Below, in pieces: positions 1-13,037 of a stretch of 45,887 nucleotides of DNA. The translations under genes and the position numbers were made by a program. How positions within the stretch are numbered: position 1 is the first letter of the stretch; every line of letters begins with the position of its first letter. The DNA is from Coniocarpon cinnabarinum (Eukaryota): the NCBI GenBank assembly GCA_051942205.1, contig JAVECO010000179.1:1-45887 (forward strand). Direction: 5' to 3'. The notes below the pieces were generated by a model. The model was not told the origin of the DNA and ran no database searches. It saw only the letters and a program-made list of their open reading frames with translations.

Positions 1-200
1 CTACCCTCCCTCCCTTGTCCTTCCATTTTCCCTCATGCAATAGCAAAACCTTACAGGTTGGGTATCCAGCGCCTCGCCAAAATACGACATATCAAACCAG
101 CAATCCAAAATTTCGTCCGTCCCCATGAAATCGTAGCACGACCTGCAGCTCACCCTCTCGAATAAATGAGCAACTGTCCGTGCTAAAAGAAAAGAGCAAT

Positions 201-3200
201 CTAGTAATAGATCTTCTCCTCATGGATAGGCGCCTGATCCGCATTATCCCGATCCCAAACAATCTTGCCCTTCTGGTCAAAACTCGCGCCCTGATCGGTA
301 ATCGGGATCACCTTGGAGGTCTCCCGCACTTCCTGTCCGGAGACGCCCATGGGGTCGCGGGGCACCCAGAGGAGAGGAGGTTGGCTTTTGACAGCGGGAT
401 GGTGGTAGGCGTCGTCGATGATTTCGTTGGGATATTCGAGCGTGGCGAAGTCGCGGGGAACGAGCTTACGCAGGGTGTGGTAATCGGTGTAGACATCCGG
501 GCGGAAGAATTTGCTGATGAAGTTGGGCTTCTTGCGAGGTTGGGCAGGGCCCAGAGTCGACGGACTGGTCAAGCCTTTCTCGCCGTTCTTCTCGTTGGAC
601 GAGGTGGAGCGGTCGCGTGCACCGTTCACCGCTTCTTCGGCTTCGATGTCTTGCTCTTCCAGCGCCAGGAGACGGCGTTCTTCAGATTCAAGAGTCTTGG
701 GGAGGTAGGTGAGGAGTGGCTTTAATGCGGAGTTGAGCGTGATGTGGTAGAGTGCCGTGAAGATGAGCATGAGAATCATCATAACCAACGGACCAACCGC
801 GTATGCTGGAGCTGAGCCGACGCCAATGGCGAAGATACCAATGATTGCCACTTGCGCGAAATAGAGACCAACGAAGAGCTGCTGCAGGGCTCGCGGGTAC
901 ATCAGTCCCTTGGTGTCGTATCCGGCGCCGTTCTTGTACAGAAAGTTGTAGCGGTATGCCAAGTAGAACAAGTATAGACCAATGCAGGCAAAGCCGAGCA
1001 CCAAAGGTGCAATGATCGAGTAGGCCAGTGCAATAACAAATAGACCCGTGAAAATGGGATAGACTGTGCCAAGGCCGAGAGGGGACAGATTCCTCCAGCG
1101 CGTGTACATTTTCCTCTGTAATATGGGTCAGTGCCACTGGATTCGTCAAATGGCAAGATTTGCTGCGAACTTACCGGTGTAGAGTCGAGCAATTTGCTGA
1201 GCACAATGAACACAATGAGCCCTCCAATCGCCACAAGCATGCCCGACACGACGCCGAGCCCTTGGAGGATGAAGTAAGAAATGTAGAAGTTAGAAGCACC
1301 TGGGAGCCCCTGCGCCAAATAACCAGGAGCTTTGGAGGGTTGCTCCAGGATCTTTAACAAACTCTTGAACGAGCCGCTAGCTATCGATTCAATGAAGAAG
1401 ACCTGGATGACGTAGAAGGCGAAGTAATAATTCTGGAACAGTGAGCACACATGATTGGTCCGGCAGTGGAGCAGGAGCTAGAATTACCTGGACGCGGTAC
1501 TCGACCTCAGCCAACGTGGCTGCCCCGGCGAACCTCGCGCAGAAACGCAAAAACATCGGCAGAAGCATCATCAGTACTGACAGAAGAATGACAGGCAATA
1601 ACCCGTCGACAATTCCTGACAGAAAAGTTGGAAGCTTGTTCAGGAAACTGAGCCAGTGCCACCGTTCCGTCAAAAGTGTGATGTTGGAAATAGCACCAAT
1701 CGCGGCGACGGGAATAGTCCAGAAAATGACAACAGCCGTGACAGCCGCAATGGCAAGGAACTGCTTGATCGAGCGGGTCCACCATGGAATGTCAAGATTC
1801 TTCCAGATGATTTCTTCTGGGACCATTCCAGTGAAGCGGGGAGCCATGTGAAGCGCTTGGTGGTGCGTCAGACTCTGGTAAGCCGACTGAGCTTCCCGGA
1901 GACTACTGAATTGAACGAAGACCGAATGCAACGCCTTTGTCTCGCCCCGCGCATGTTTCTGCTGGTAGCTGTCGACATCAGGAATGCGCGTACGGAGCTC
2001 ACTGCGGCACCACTCAATAGTGTCCACTTTCTTGCCAATGAGCGGCTTCAGGCGATGCGTGGGTCTTTCCTTGGGCTTCAAGTACCTGGAAGCAACGTCA
2101 CCTGTCTCAGCTGCATGGTCGTCGCTGTTGGAGCTAGATTTTTTAGCAGCCTTGATGCGATTTTGGTTTGCAGTCTTGATGAGCTTGGTTTCGGCCGCTT
2201 CAAGCTTGAGAGCAATCTTATCGCGTTCTTCAACATGCTCCTCGAGTTCCTTGGTATCGCGCGGGATCCAGATTCTGACGACAGCTGGACCGAGCATTTC
2301 GCGCAGAACGTGGGGTTCGAGATACGCATCCGGCACAGAGACGAAGAGAACCGTCTTCGAGGAGACTCTTTCCGAGTACAACGGTGAGACCAAGTAGGCT
2401 TGCTTGAGGTTGATATAGTAGATGCTCTCGCGCGTGATCATGTAGAGAATGTAGCCGAAATAGAGCCACGCACAGCCAGCATGCGCGAACCATCGAAAGT
2501 AACTCTTTTTATTGGTATTGACAGTTGCGTTGGACATGGATATCAGATCAAGCTGCTTTTGACCGCCCGGTCCAGTCGCATTCACTGGGAAAAGGACAGG
2601 CCAGGTGATTGCAATGCCGACCAAGCAGGATACCACGGCCATCTTGAGCAGACGCAGAAAGAGAAAGTTGTCGAGGGTTTGTGTGTTGAGCACGACGGTG
2701 TCGGGGGTACTGAACCATGTTGCGATCCAGCCAGTGATGCTCATAGGCAATGGACGTGTGCGCTCCCTGGGACGAGTTAGAGGAATGCTCGACAGCGGGA
2801 GCATTTGTGGATCAAACGTACTGTCCTCTCAAGCTGCTCAGGAAAGTTCTCGGCATGTAAATGCGCGGGAACTTGGTGCGCAGGATGAGAAATAGGGCGA
2901 ACCATACTACCGAGACGACTAAAACTGGGACCAAGGTCGAGACGAGTTGAGAAGCAGAGTTGGGTGCGGGAGTCGCGCTCTAAAATAATAAAATTAGTCA
3001 GTTTCGATGGGCAATATGAGAACTGTGCGCGCATTTTTGAAGCATAACAGCGATTTAGTGAGTCGATTTTGCCAGTCTGCAGAACACTATCACGGGTGGG
3101 CTGATGCAACATGGTGGTGAGTGCCAGCGGCAGGATCGAGCCCACGAGCTTCGTCTCAAGTAGCGATTCGGAAGAACTGAACCACACTCACATCCATTTG

Positions 3201-3248
3201 ACGGGCGCTCAAGACCTTGGTCACGATGTGAGCCGTACGACTGGCCAT
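201..3248 (-). CDS. OSCA/TMEM63 (CSC1/DUF221; yeast RSN1/PHM7-like) calcium-permeable stress-gated cation channel, multi-exon
   Basis: Joining ORFs 201-1109, 902-1450 and 1389-2804 with upstream exons gives MASRTAH...LVSTLVPVLVVSVVWFALFLILRTKFPRIYMPRT. Family motifs LDNFLFLRLLK, PEEIIWKNL, NFYISYFILQG, YDTKGLMYPRALQQLFVGLY and LLWVPRDPMG are present. GT-AG introns at about 1116-1174, 1433-1487, 2768-2822 and 2980-3191. The first exon is least certain. Confidence 0.9.
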
Positions 3249-4421
3249 GATTGCGGTTTCGCAAAGTTGATAGGGGAAGAGAGGTCTCAATGGGTCGAAG
3301 TCAGGTGACAGCGCGGCGCCCTCCAAAGCGAAGTGAAGCTCGAGAGGACGCGACAAATTAAGCGAAGAGGATGGGCACTTTGCTGAGAAGCGGTCGAGAG
3401 CAGTCTCAAAGATTATAGGGAGAAGTCGTCGAGGACGAGGAGTGAAGTGGTGAAGCGGAGGGCAGAGAAGGCTGGGAAGAGAGCGACGGTGGTGGTGGTA
3501 AAGGAACGTAGGGAAGGGATGCAATTGTTGGAGTGGGCAGCGTCAAGGGAGGAGCTTGGGCCAAGTGGGCGAGTAGGAGTACCATTACCTAGGTGGGTAG
3601 GTGAGGAGGACCGACGGGCAGAGGATGGGATGGAAGATGGCAGGCACAAGCGCCGATCGATTGGGCCATGACACCATAAGGCCAGCTCTCGCATGCGCTG
3701 GACCTGTCGATCCCGGACTTTGAGCTGGCTACCAAACAAATCACAAACATGCCCACGCGCTCGTCTCAAGTGCGCCCTCACACATTCCCACACGCAAATG
3801 CAACCCTCAGCCATCGAAGCAAACGACGGGCGAGAGTGCGACGGCGCCACAGTGGAGCACCAGCCACAGGACGAAAAAATGCGTGGGGCGTAACTGCTAT
3901 CGCAACCAGACGCTCTAGATCGCCTCCGCCCCCTTTGTGGGCTTCAATGGCACGGACCTGGCCCGAGGCCTGCCCTTAATCTTAAGGTTTCTTAGCGCCC
4001 CGCGCCAAGCCCCATCGAGTGCCGATTCCGTGCCACAGTCACGATGCCTTTCAGCCCCTGACAGCTCGCCCAGCCCGCTTTCGATCTATCCCACCCCAAA
4101 GCGATGGCCATCTTCTACTTTGGTGGCCGCTTTTGATTGCGATGAACATGTATGACATCGCTGCTGTGAACAACATTCTTATTAAGCTTCACCTGCAGTA
4201 TATTGTCAACAGGGTTGATGAGTCGAGCTGTGCAGCCCCTCGATGCATGTGAACAGCCTGCCGACCGGGTAGCTCCCTGCTATCAAATTGTTGATGGTGC
4301 CGTTTGCCGTTGAGTCCACGACGACCAGGACAGAGCTGGAGAAAATCTGCATTTCATTTAACATGTTGAATCCATTCGAGCTGCATCTTGACTTTGTACA
4401 TTTCCCCCCGCACTGTCTTCA

Positions 4422-5679
4422 TCACAACTCAATCGTCACGTTGCCCTGGTGCTTCTGCGCCCACATGTACTCGTACGCCTCTCGCGCCTTCTCAATCCCC
4501 TTGAACACCGTCTTGTCCACCACCGGCTTCAACGACTTGTTCGCCTCCGTCGCCCGCACGAGCTCATCCAGCTGCGACTTGCTCGCCACTAGAATCCCAC
4601 GCACCGTGCAGAGGTGCATCAGGCATTCCAAGAAGCCCGGCTCCTTCTCCGCCATGCCCCCCACGAACCCAATAATGCTGATGACCCCGTCAATCGCAAT
4701 GGCGTTGAGCGATTGCTGCATCGACCGTGGGCCCGCCACCTCGACAATGTGGTTGAAGCCCGCGCCACCTGTTGCTTTCTTCGCCTCCGCGCCCCATTCG
4801 GGCGTGTCCTTGTAGTTGATGATCACGTCTGCGCCGAGGTCTTTCAGGATCTGGCTCTTGGCGGCGCTGCTCGTCGTGGCGACGACACGCGCGCCCGCCG
4901 CTTTGGCGTACTGCAGGGCGAAAATGGACACGCCGCCTGTTCCCTGTGTAAGAACCCAGTCGCCGGCCTTGACGATGTGACCCGGTAGGCCGTAGAGTCC
5001 GTTCCACGCCGTAGCGCCGGCACAGCAGAGCGTCGACGACTCGATGGCGCTGAGGTTTGAAGGCGAGTATGTGAGACCCGTCTCTGGGAAACTGGCGTAT
5101 TGACGGAGCGTGCCGTCTAGTGCACCGCCGAGACCTGTCGTGGTTGCGTATGCGTCGAGTGGACCGCCTTGGTGGGCTTGGTTGAATAGAGTGACTGTAT
5201 GCAACAGGTAAGAAACTAACGTTGGTGGAGATGTAAGGCGCTGATGATGTTACGTACGGACTTTGTCGCCGGGCTTGAAACGGGTTGCGCTTTTGCCCAC
5301 TGCAACGACTGTGCCAGCGCCGTCGGAGCATGGAATGACTGGCGTCTTCATGGGAAAAGGATATTTGCCTTGTGGTATGATGAGATCGCGATAATTGAGC
5401 GAGACGCCTTCGACTGCAGTATGAATGGTTAGCAATCGCGTGGGTAGCTCAGGTTTGAAGTCATTTTTCTCGTGTGGAGAATATCAGAGCGTGAAGTGGT
5501 CCAACGTGGACGGAATTCAAGATCATAGCCAGAGAAGGAAGACTAGGGCGCAACGCACTCTTGACAAGCACTTCATGCTCGCCGGGCGGTGACAATGGCA
5601 TCGACTCATGGTACTTGAGCTGATCAAAAGAGCCTGTGCCTTCAACAGTCCACGCTTTGGTGGTGGAGGGGATAGACAT
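4422..5679 (-). CDS. Zinc-type alcohol dehydrogenase-like / quinone oxidoreductase (MDR superfamily)
   Basis: Three exons: MSIPSTTKAWTVEG..., VSLNYRDLIIPQGKYP...PCSDGAGTVVAVG and GDWVLTQGTGGVSIFALQYAKAAGARVVATTSS...QKHQGNVTIEL. GroES-like plus Rossmann pattern; the structural-zinc cysteine lobe is missing. Confidence 0.9.
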
Positions 5680-6304
5680 CCTCAAAATGCTTGTTCGGTC
5701 ACTGGTGTTGACAGAGAATCTTACAAAATCACTGAGTCGACTACCGTTTCATTCATACGTGAGAGCGGAGAGCTTTCGATTATAAATGCATTCGCGGACA
5801 CTCGGCAAAAATTTGGAAAAGACCAGCTCGACATGACGTCGTGACGAGGGGCACTGCGCATAGCTGCCTGAGATATCGCCGTTGCTTCGAGCGGATTGTG
5901 GTCATCACTGCACAAAGAGAGCCAAAAGTGTCGTTGAGCATGAGCAGTCAGCCTTTGAAAGTGCGCAAAATGAGATATGCAAGTGTGGGACCATTTTCCG
6001 TTTGTGACGAAGATCGCCGTTCAACTTGCTGTTCCTGCGTGGTCAAAGTATGTACAAGACTCCGAGACGTCCGGTGAGGTACGCCCACAGCCGGAATAGA
6101 TAGGAGTACTCCCCACAGCGCGTCTTGCTGCTTTGTAAAGCGAAGGGGGCTTTCGCCGGCATGTTGTGCTCGCAGCTCCAGCAACCGACATGCCCTCAAC
6201 CTGTAAGCTTTCTCCAAAACTGCACGGCACCAAGTAGGTGCGACAGGATGTAAAAAGTCGGCCACAACCGCATTCGACAACCCTTGCAGCTGCTGACGCC
6301 TCAA

Positions 6305-7493
6305 TCACTTGCTGGTGTCCACGACGTACCGACCCGCAATCTGTCCTTTCTGCATCATGTCATACACACTTTGCAGTTCTGAGAGCCCGACAATCTTGTA
6401 CGGGGCCTTGATCAGGCCACGCTTGTAGAAGTCGAGCGCCTCACTTGTGTCCTTGCGGCTTCCGACATAGCTGCCCTTGATAGTGACCATCTTGATGACC
6501 GACTCGAAGACGGGCGCGCGGAGCATGGCGCCGGCGGGGAGACCGATGCAGACGACGGTGCCACGAGGGCGGACATACTCCGCAGCTTGCTGGAAAGGCT
6601 TCCTACAGGTCGGGGCTGGTTAGCGAATTTGCGTCGGAAGAGGGGAGGGGCCAAGTTGAGCCTCCACTCACTCGCTGACAGCTACTAGTAATACTGCATG
6701 GGGGCCCAGGCCGTCTTCTGTTGCACTCTGCACGTCTTTGACCAGATTCTTGCTCGTGGCAAAGTCCACAAAGGCCGAGCTGCCCAGCTGTTCCAGACAC
6801 ATCTTCTTCTTGTCCTCGCCCGAGTCGACGGCAATGACGTGCAGACCCATGGCCCGGGCATATTGCTGCGCCAACGAGCCCAGCCCACCACCAGCACCAA
6901 CAATGGCAACCGTCTGCCCAGGACGCGCGCCGCTCTCTTTGAGGCCCTTGTACACGGTGATACCGGCACAAAGCACCGGCGCCACGCCTGCCATGTCGAC
7001 GCCTTTGGGTATGCGTGCAACATGTGCAGCCTTGGCGATGGCGTACTGCTGGAAGGATCCATCGACTGTGTATCCGGAGAGGAGAGCCTTGGGGCAGAGC
7101 GGCTCATCTGCTTGCTGGAGAGACGGGTTGCATTAGCCGAGCGAACCCCGCATACCCCTGCTCCATGAGCTCACGTACCTGACAGAAGTCGCACGCGAGA
7201 CAAGTCCCATTGATCCACTTGATGCCTACTTGATCGCCGATGTTGACTTCCGTGACGAGGTCGCCTTTCGCCACGACGCTGCCCGCGCCTTCGTGGCCGC
7301 CAACGAGTGGCAACTTCGTGGGCAGCGGCCAGTCTCCATTCACAGCGTGAAGGTCGGTGTGGCAGACACCAGAGTACTTGACGTTGACGAGCACCTCGTC
7401 GGCGCCGGGCTTCTGGACGGGAATCTTCTTGTACTCGACGGGACCGCCAGTCTTCTCAATGACTTGAGCGAACTGTTCTGAAGGAACAGACAT
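6305..7493 (-). CDS. adh1: Alcohol dehydrogenase 1 (zinc- and NAD-dependent, yeast Adh1/AlcA type), 3 exons
   Basis: [69 protein letters not shown] and [11 protein letters not shown]. Introns at about 7115-7178 and 6603-6671. Confidence 0.95.
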
Positions 7494-8830
7494 GCTGATG
7501 GCAGTGGTCTGAATAAATTCAAAGCAAGTGTTGGAGGTCTGTATCAGTGGTGTGTGAGTCTGACTCTAAGGTATTGATGGGATATTGAAAGTGAAGGCGC
7601 AAATTGTGAATGTGTAGAAGCCCCTGAACCATTTATATGACGCTGGGATAATCAGAAAATCGTCAGGAGGGGTCATTCATCTAGATTGAATCACCTCCTC
7701 TTCCACTCATTCGGACTGTGCGGCCAGGACGGCACTCGTCTCAAGGCTCTCAGCCCAGATCGTACAGGGGTGAGGGGTAGCGTGCCACGCCAATGAGTGG
7801 GGTTTTACGCGCGTGGCAGATCCAAGCAGGGCACTGACTGATCAGAGTCCTTTTTCCGGTTGCTTCAACGGGAACGCAGACCACGGTGGTCTTGAGCAGA
7901 GAGACAGTGTCAATGAGGAGAAAGGCGTCCATTGCTCCGGTGCGAATTATGGTCACGGACACTGCGACAGGCTGTTTCGAAGTAGGTACACAGACGCGTC
8001 TGGCCCATTACGAAGCTCTTTGGAGCTCTTGCAGGCCGGTGCTGGAGGTTGCCGTGGCTGTAACTGGAGGCCTGGGAGGTATTTGGAATTTCCGTGACAC
8101 CCGTGTGAAGAATGATTGCCAGTTGCCGGACCTTTAAATGTAGTAAAGTGGCGACCATCATTGTCCTCAGGGAACAAGGCACGTGCTTCAAGTGCCCCGA
8201 GGACGCGATGGACAACGCGTCTGCCCCACGTCGTGAGATGGCCAAATGCGGGGTGCTCAGTGCTCATGCATCATGATCTCGAAATTGAGAAGGTTCAGAG
8301 AGAATGCAGATGTTGTGACAAACTTCTGGCACAACCTCTTGCCCTTGGACTGCTCGAGAGGTCTGAGGAGTGCATGGTGTAGATCGGACGGTGAGACCCG
8401 TGTGAATTCTGCAAACTCACTTGATCGTTCCTGACGGGAGCATTTGCTGCCAGTGTCTTCCTCTTCGTGAAGGGCCTGGGCTTTCGTGCCGCCTCCACAG
8501 GGGAGCTCGTGTCAACCCACAGTGCATCCATGGAAGAGCAATTGACGGGACCGTTTGAAGACGCGTTAGCCAAGTGATACTAGTTGCGAAGCTTTCACTT
8601 TCGCCAAGCTATCAACTCCTCTCCTTCGGTCGGTCGGAAGGGTGGCGGTGTTTTGGCCTCATTTGAACATACAGCCCAGCAGCCGCAGCACCGGCTGGAG
8701 TCGGAAGCTATCATGGACTTCATTGCGGAAAGCACCTGTATTCGCGCCCACAGGATCCAGAGAGTAGTCGGTAATGGGTAGGTCACTGCGCATTTCATAG
8801 ACGTTAGGCAAGCAGGGCCCTCTCCATGCA

Positions 8831-10004
8831 TCACCGAGCCAGCACAAAGGCCACCGCCATGGTACCAACAGCCATGCAGATGCCAGTCACAATGTTCACG
8901 CCGTTGTTGCTCAGCATATCGCGCCCCATCACCAGTTTTCGTTTCTCCTCAACTCTTCCTACCTGTTTCCCAGCAACTTGATAGCTACCGTCTGCTGTTC
9001 GAAACACGACCTTGCCTCCCTGAGCGTTTTCCACAATCTTGCCTGAGGGTACGTCCACGACGCTTGCCTGAAACCACGCTCCTAGGACACTGTCCAGAAG
9101 TGCCCCAACCGTGCCCACCGCGATAGTCCCCAGCGCTAGTGTGATCTGCTCGCCAGCATCCCACTGTCCGGCGCAGAGAGGTATCAAGCTCACGTAGACG
9201 CCAGTGACGACGCAGGCTCCTAAGCCCGAGGCTGCTATTCCAAGTAATGTCACACCCCCATTTGTTCCTTTGGGGACTGCCGTGATCTTGAAGCGGAGGA
9301 GGTCGGTGAGCAGAATAGGCTCTTCCTGAGACATGATTCCAAGCTCGCTCGCAAATGTATCAGCGGCTGCAGTTGCATACAGCGCTGCTATTCCATAGGG
9401 GAAGAGATTCAGTAGCTTCTCTACGCCTGACCGTGAAATTGCCATGCCACGAGACCTCGGAAAGTGTTCGGATGTGGGCGACATGAGACATGTTGGAGGC
9501 TCGTATGTGGCTGTCTGGCCGGGGGTAGACGCGAGCAGACCGTAGAGGTAGTCAGGATACGTGAGGTAGACCGCGTGCACGATTATAAGTATCGAAGCTG
9601 GCAGAGAATTGCAAAATACCTGGACGGCTCCACGAGGATGGGCTTTTGGCTTCTGGCCAGGCACAGGAGGGGGCGACGGTTCAGAAGAAGTGGTCAATGT
9701 GGACTTGTGAGCTTGCTTGATCTATAGCATTGTCGTCAGCTTTCACAAGTAGCACTAGAATCAAGGTTGTAGCATGTTCACTGCATCCCAACTTGATACT
9801 TATCAAGCCAGCACTTACTTTTGTCACCGCAGTACCGCTAAAGAAGAATGCGAAGAGCAGCGCGAACCAAATACTCCACGGATGCACTGCATGGGCCGCG
9901 GCCGTCAAAGTAGCCGCAACGATTCCGCGGAACGTGAGTGAATGTCGAAAATATGCGTAAGCGTCAACTACGAGAGTGACCAGCGCAGCGGTCCACCACT
10001 CCAT
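8831..10004 (-). CDS. DUF92/TMEM19 family integral membrane protein
   Basis: MEWW...HSLTFRGIVAA...FFFSGTAVTK, one intron, then RGAVQVFCNS, AAADTFASELG, VPKGTNGGVTLLG, GALLDSVLGAWFQ and LSNNGVN, which are the DUF92 signature motifs. Confidence 0.9.
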
Positions 10005-10084
10005 TTTGTTGGGTCTGCAGCCCTGGAAGTGATTTGGATGCAATGAGTTTGATAGAGGCTGGGCCGAGCTGGGCCGACAGAAGT

Positions 10085-10985
10085 TGTTGCCTTCAGTCTC
10101 TGGGCAGGGAGCCTCTTCGATCGAGAGATTTGAGTAACAAAGCTATAAATATGGCGGCGAACGCCCCTTCTACTTCAAACGGCGCTGTATCGTAGTATGG
10201 CATGTGCTGTCGTGCAAGACTCTCGCAGGAAAAAGCCGGTCTAGGGTTTTAGTCCCGGCGAGGAGCATCTACAATACGAGGACTACGGACTACACAACTA
10301 GTAACACAGCGGCGGTCGCCCCCTGCATCTTGTAAGGCACTGAATTGTAGTTTGGCATCTGCTCGCGTCCAATGCCCTTGCGGGCAATACTTAGTTCTAG
10401 GGTTCGGTCCAGGCGAGGAGCGTCTTTGATACGAAGATCAAACCTAACGGCATCACGGCGAACGCCCCCTGCACCTTGTAAGGCGCTGAAATCACGGCAT
10501 AGCACATGCTCTCGTGCAAGACCTTTGCGGTCAAAAGTCGTTTCTACATTCTAGTATCGGCGAGGAGTCTCTATAGTAAGAATTTTAAGGGCAAAATAGC
10601 TAATAGCACAGTAGCGAAAGCCATCTACGCCTCCCAAAGCGCTGAATCAAAGTACGGTAAGTGCTCTTGTTCGAGACCTAGCCATTTCTAGATTTCAGTT
10701 TAGGCTAAGAGCCTCTACAATAAGGAAGTTTCGGGTTACTGAGCTATGAGCATGACTGCGCAAGCTTGCTTTACCTTCATGTGCGCTGAATAGTCGTGTG
10801 GCATCTACTGTTGGCCAAGGATATTGCATATCAACGGCGTCATGGATTTCAGTGTAGGCAGGGAGTTCCTACGATAAGAACATTTACGCTTGCAAGGGCA
10901 TGGATATCACGGCAACACACTCTCGCAACGTGTAAAGCATTGAATTGTAGTATGGTCAGCACTCTCGTCCGAAACTTTTGGGATA
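10085..10985. repeat. Degenerate tandem array of about six ~150-bp units, apparently non-coding
   Basis: The anchor GGC(G/A/T)(A/G)(G/A)GAG recurs at 10103, 10257, 10412, 10559, 10703 and 10857 (spacing 154, 155, 147, 144, 154). Other shared blocks: GGCGAACGCCCC, GCGCTGAA, CGTGCAAGAC and TCTAG. Confidence 0.75.
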
Positions 10986-11487
10986 GGTATAAAATGGACA
11001 CGAAGATTGATAATGTGTTTCGGGTGCCATTATCATTCAGCCTTTGACTGAAACATGATGACATGAGTCAGTGGTGTATCTAATATAGAGTACCTAAGTA
11101 TACGTCCACCGGTAGTTGGCGGACAGTGCATTGTATCCGTCCAGCGCCATGCGATATATTCATGCGATGAGTGCCCTTCAAACGATGTAAACATAAGTAG
11201 AATATGCCCTCCCGTGCGCCGTCGCCATGCTTTTCAATCACAAATACCTACAGCGCTGTCTTACGACAAGCGCTTCAGCTGACAAGCTTTTTGTGGTTTC
11301 TATGCAAGCAAACCTCAAGCCGTAGATGCAGTGTGCTTTGATGCAATGCCAAAATGCAGTGAACACGTTCGTTTTGTGTGAAGTGGGGTCGTGCAATCGT
11401 GAAGAAATGTACGCTCCATGAACGCAAATCTTGGAACGCAGCGCGTGGTCATGAACCTTTTGCCGGTGTCGCAGCTCAAAAGCGCCT

Positions 11488-13037
11488 TCAAACATGAAGT
11501 AAGCGGAAACCTGAGCTGACTGAATTTTGAGAAGAACCATTGGATGAGAAATCAAGCGTGGTGGGTTCTTTTTGAGGCTTCGTGGCAGCTTGACGTCGCT
11601 CTTTCGCGTGCTGCTTTTGAGCTTGCTTCTTCAGACTCTTCATGTCACGAGCAGCATGGAGTCTTTTCTTTTGGTAGCCTGCCTTGCTTGCAGACCTTGA
11701 TGGTATTGGCGTCAATTGTGAAGATCGGCGTTGCTGGTCAGGCTGGCTGGGTTGCGGAGGTTTCAATGAGAGTCGGATGGTTAGTGGTGGCTTCGGGGGC
11801 GACGTCGCCATCGAGTACTCTGACTCTGATGAGGTTGTACCATCCACCAAAGAGGGCAAGTCATTTTCGCCAACCATCTCTGTGTCACCATCTTCATCTT
11901 CGTCCTCATCATCGAGAATGACGCGCCGGTAGGGTCTCCGGCGATAAGCGCTATGCGTCGACGGCGCTATCGTCTCCAATTGCTCGAGTGACGACGTAGA
12001 GCCCAGACTTTCCGCATACTGCTCTCTTTCTTGACGCTGCTGAGTCCGGGACAAGAACTTGGAATGGTGGCTCATTCTTCGATCTTGCTTCTTGTTTGGG
12101 CCTTCGCAGTTTTCGTCGTCCACTGCCGACTGGGGTTCAACACTTGAGCTGTGGACTGACGAGCTACGATCTGGCGACTCGAGTTCTTCAATAAGCTTCG
12201 AGACGGCATCATCGACGTTGCCTCGGGATGCCTCCAAAAGTCTGATTGCGGTAGCTTCATCTACTGGAAACCACAGGGACTGCATCACGACATCGATTTG
12301 CCATTGTTGGATGTTGATGGGTCCGGTGGCGGGCACTTTCATCTGGCTGAGCTCCTCCACAGTGAGCTCCTTGAGATGGACTCGTGGCAGGCCAACATGC
12401 GGGCCGTCGAGATTTCTGATGGATGAATAATGTTCCCAGGTCTATTCTGTCTTAGCGAGGCAAATCTCTTGCAGCGAGGGAAAAGTACGACTTACATGAT
12501 AGGCAATGCAGCAAGTGTCAGCCTGATCTGCAGTGCGAGGGGCTCCAAAGTACAATCTTTCATTTGCCTGAAAAACCAACACATTTTTGTTGTAGGCTCG
12601 AGTGAAGGCCACAATCTCAAAATTGTCGCCATAAGTACCGCCTTGACCCATGCGTCGCAGTCGATCTTCAAAGGCGCGATCAATGTCCTCGAGTGTGGGC
12701 ATTTCAAGATCAGACTGGGAAGAGAACGTTGCGGCGTTTTTGCGCTTTGGATTGCGGCGAGTCGCCCCACCAGGAAGAACGTCGAGAAACGGAGTGTAGT
12801 CATCTTTGTTCTCGCGCATATGCTGGACGACAGTGGATCGAATCGAAGAATGCTGTGCTTGATTGCCGAATAGCTGGTCGCTAAGCGCGTTGAACAGGCA
12901 GTTGCCTGCAAAGGTATTATGAGTACGAAGTTCCTGAGGAGACCGTTCGTGTCGAGAGAGGGAAGCTTACCATCACCAGTAATGTTCGAGGCATACAAGC
13001 CGAGTGGATGGAGGTTTGGAAATTCGTCGTTGTACAT
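11488..13037 (-). CDS. OTU-domain cysteine protease (deubiquitinase) with a CUE/UBA-like segment and a basic, low-complexity C-terminus
   Basis: Spliced product reads MYNDEFPNLHPLGLYASNITGDG|NCLFNALSDQLFG (catalytic Cys box), GTYGDNFEIVAF and IAYH|TWEHYSSIR (catalytic His box). It continues into ORF 11488-12360, which contains AIRLLEASRGNVDDAVSKL. Confidence 0.88.

Noticed and set aside
5948..6304. 118-codon open frame immediately after, and in frame with, the adh1 stop codon (possible readthrough or cryptic peroxisomal isoform)
   Set aside because: The stop context is TGA-TTG, not the TGA-CTA readthrough motif, and the extension ends in FKG, which is not a PTS1. The peptide looks random.
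7500..8830. Several 65-110-aa ORFs between adh1 and the DUF92 gene
   Set aside because: No motifs, no consistent splice structure and mostly non-ATG starts; best read as adh1 promoter and intergenic DNA.
10153..10490. Units of the 150-bp array translate locally as GERPLHLV/GGRPLHLV, reminiscent of ankyrin G.TPLH.A
   Set aside because: Stops follow immediately, the period (~150 bp, variable frame) does not fit 33-aa ankyrin repeats, and the other units lose the motif.
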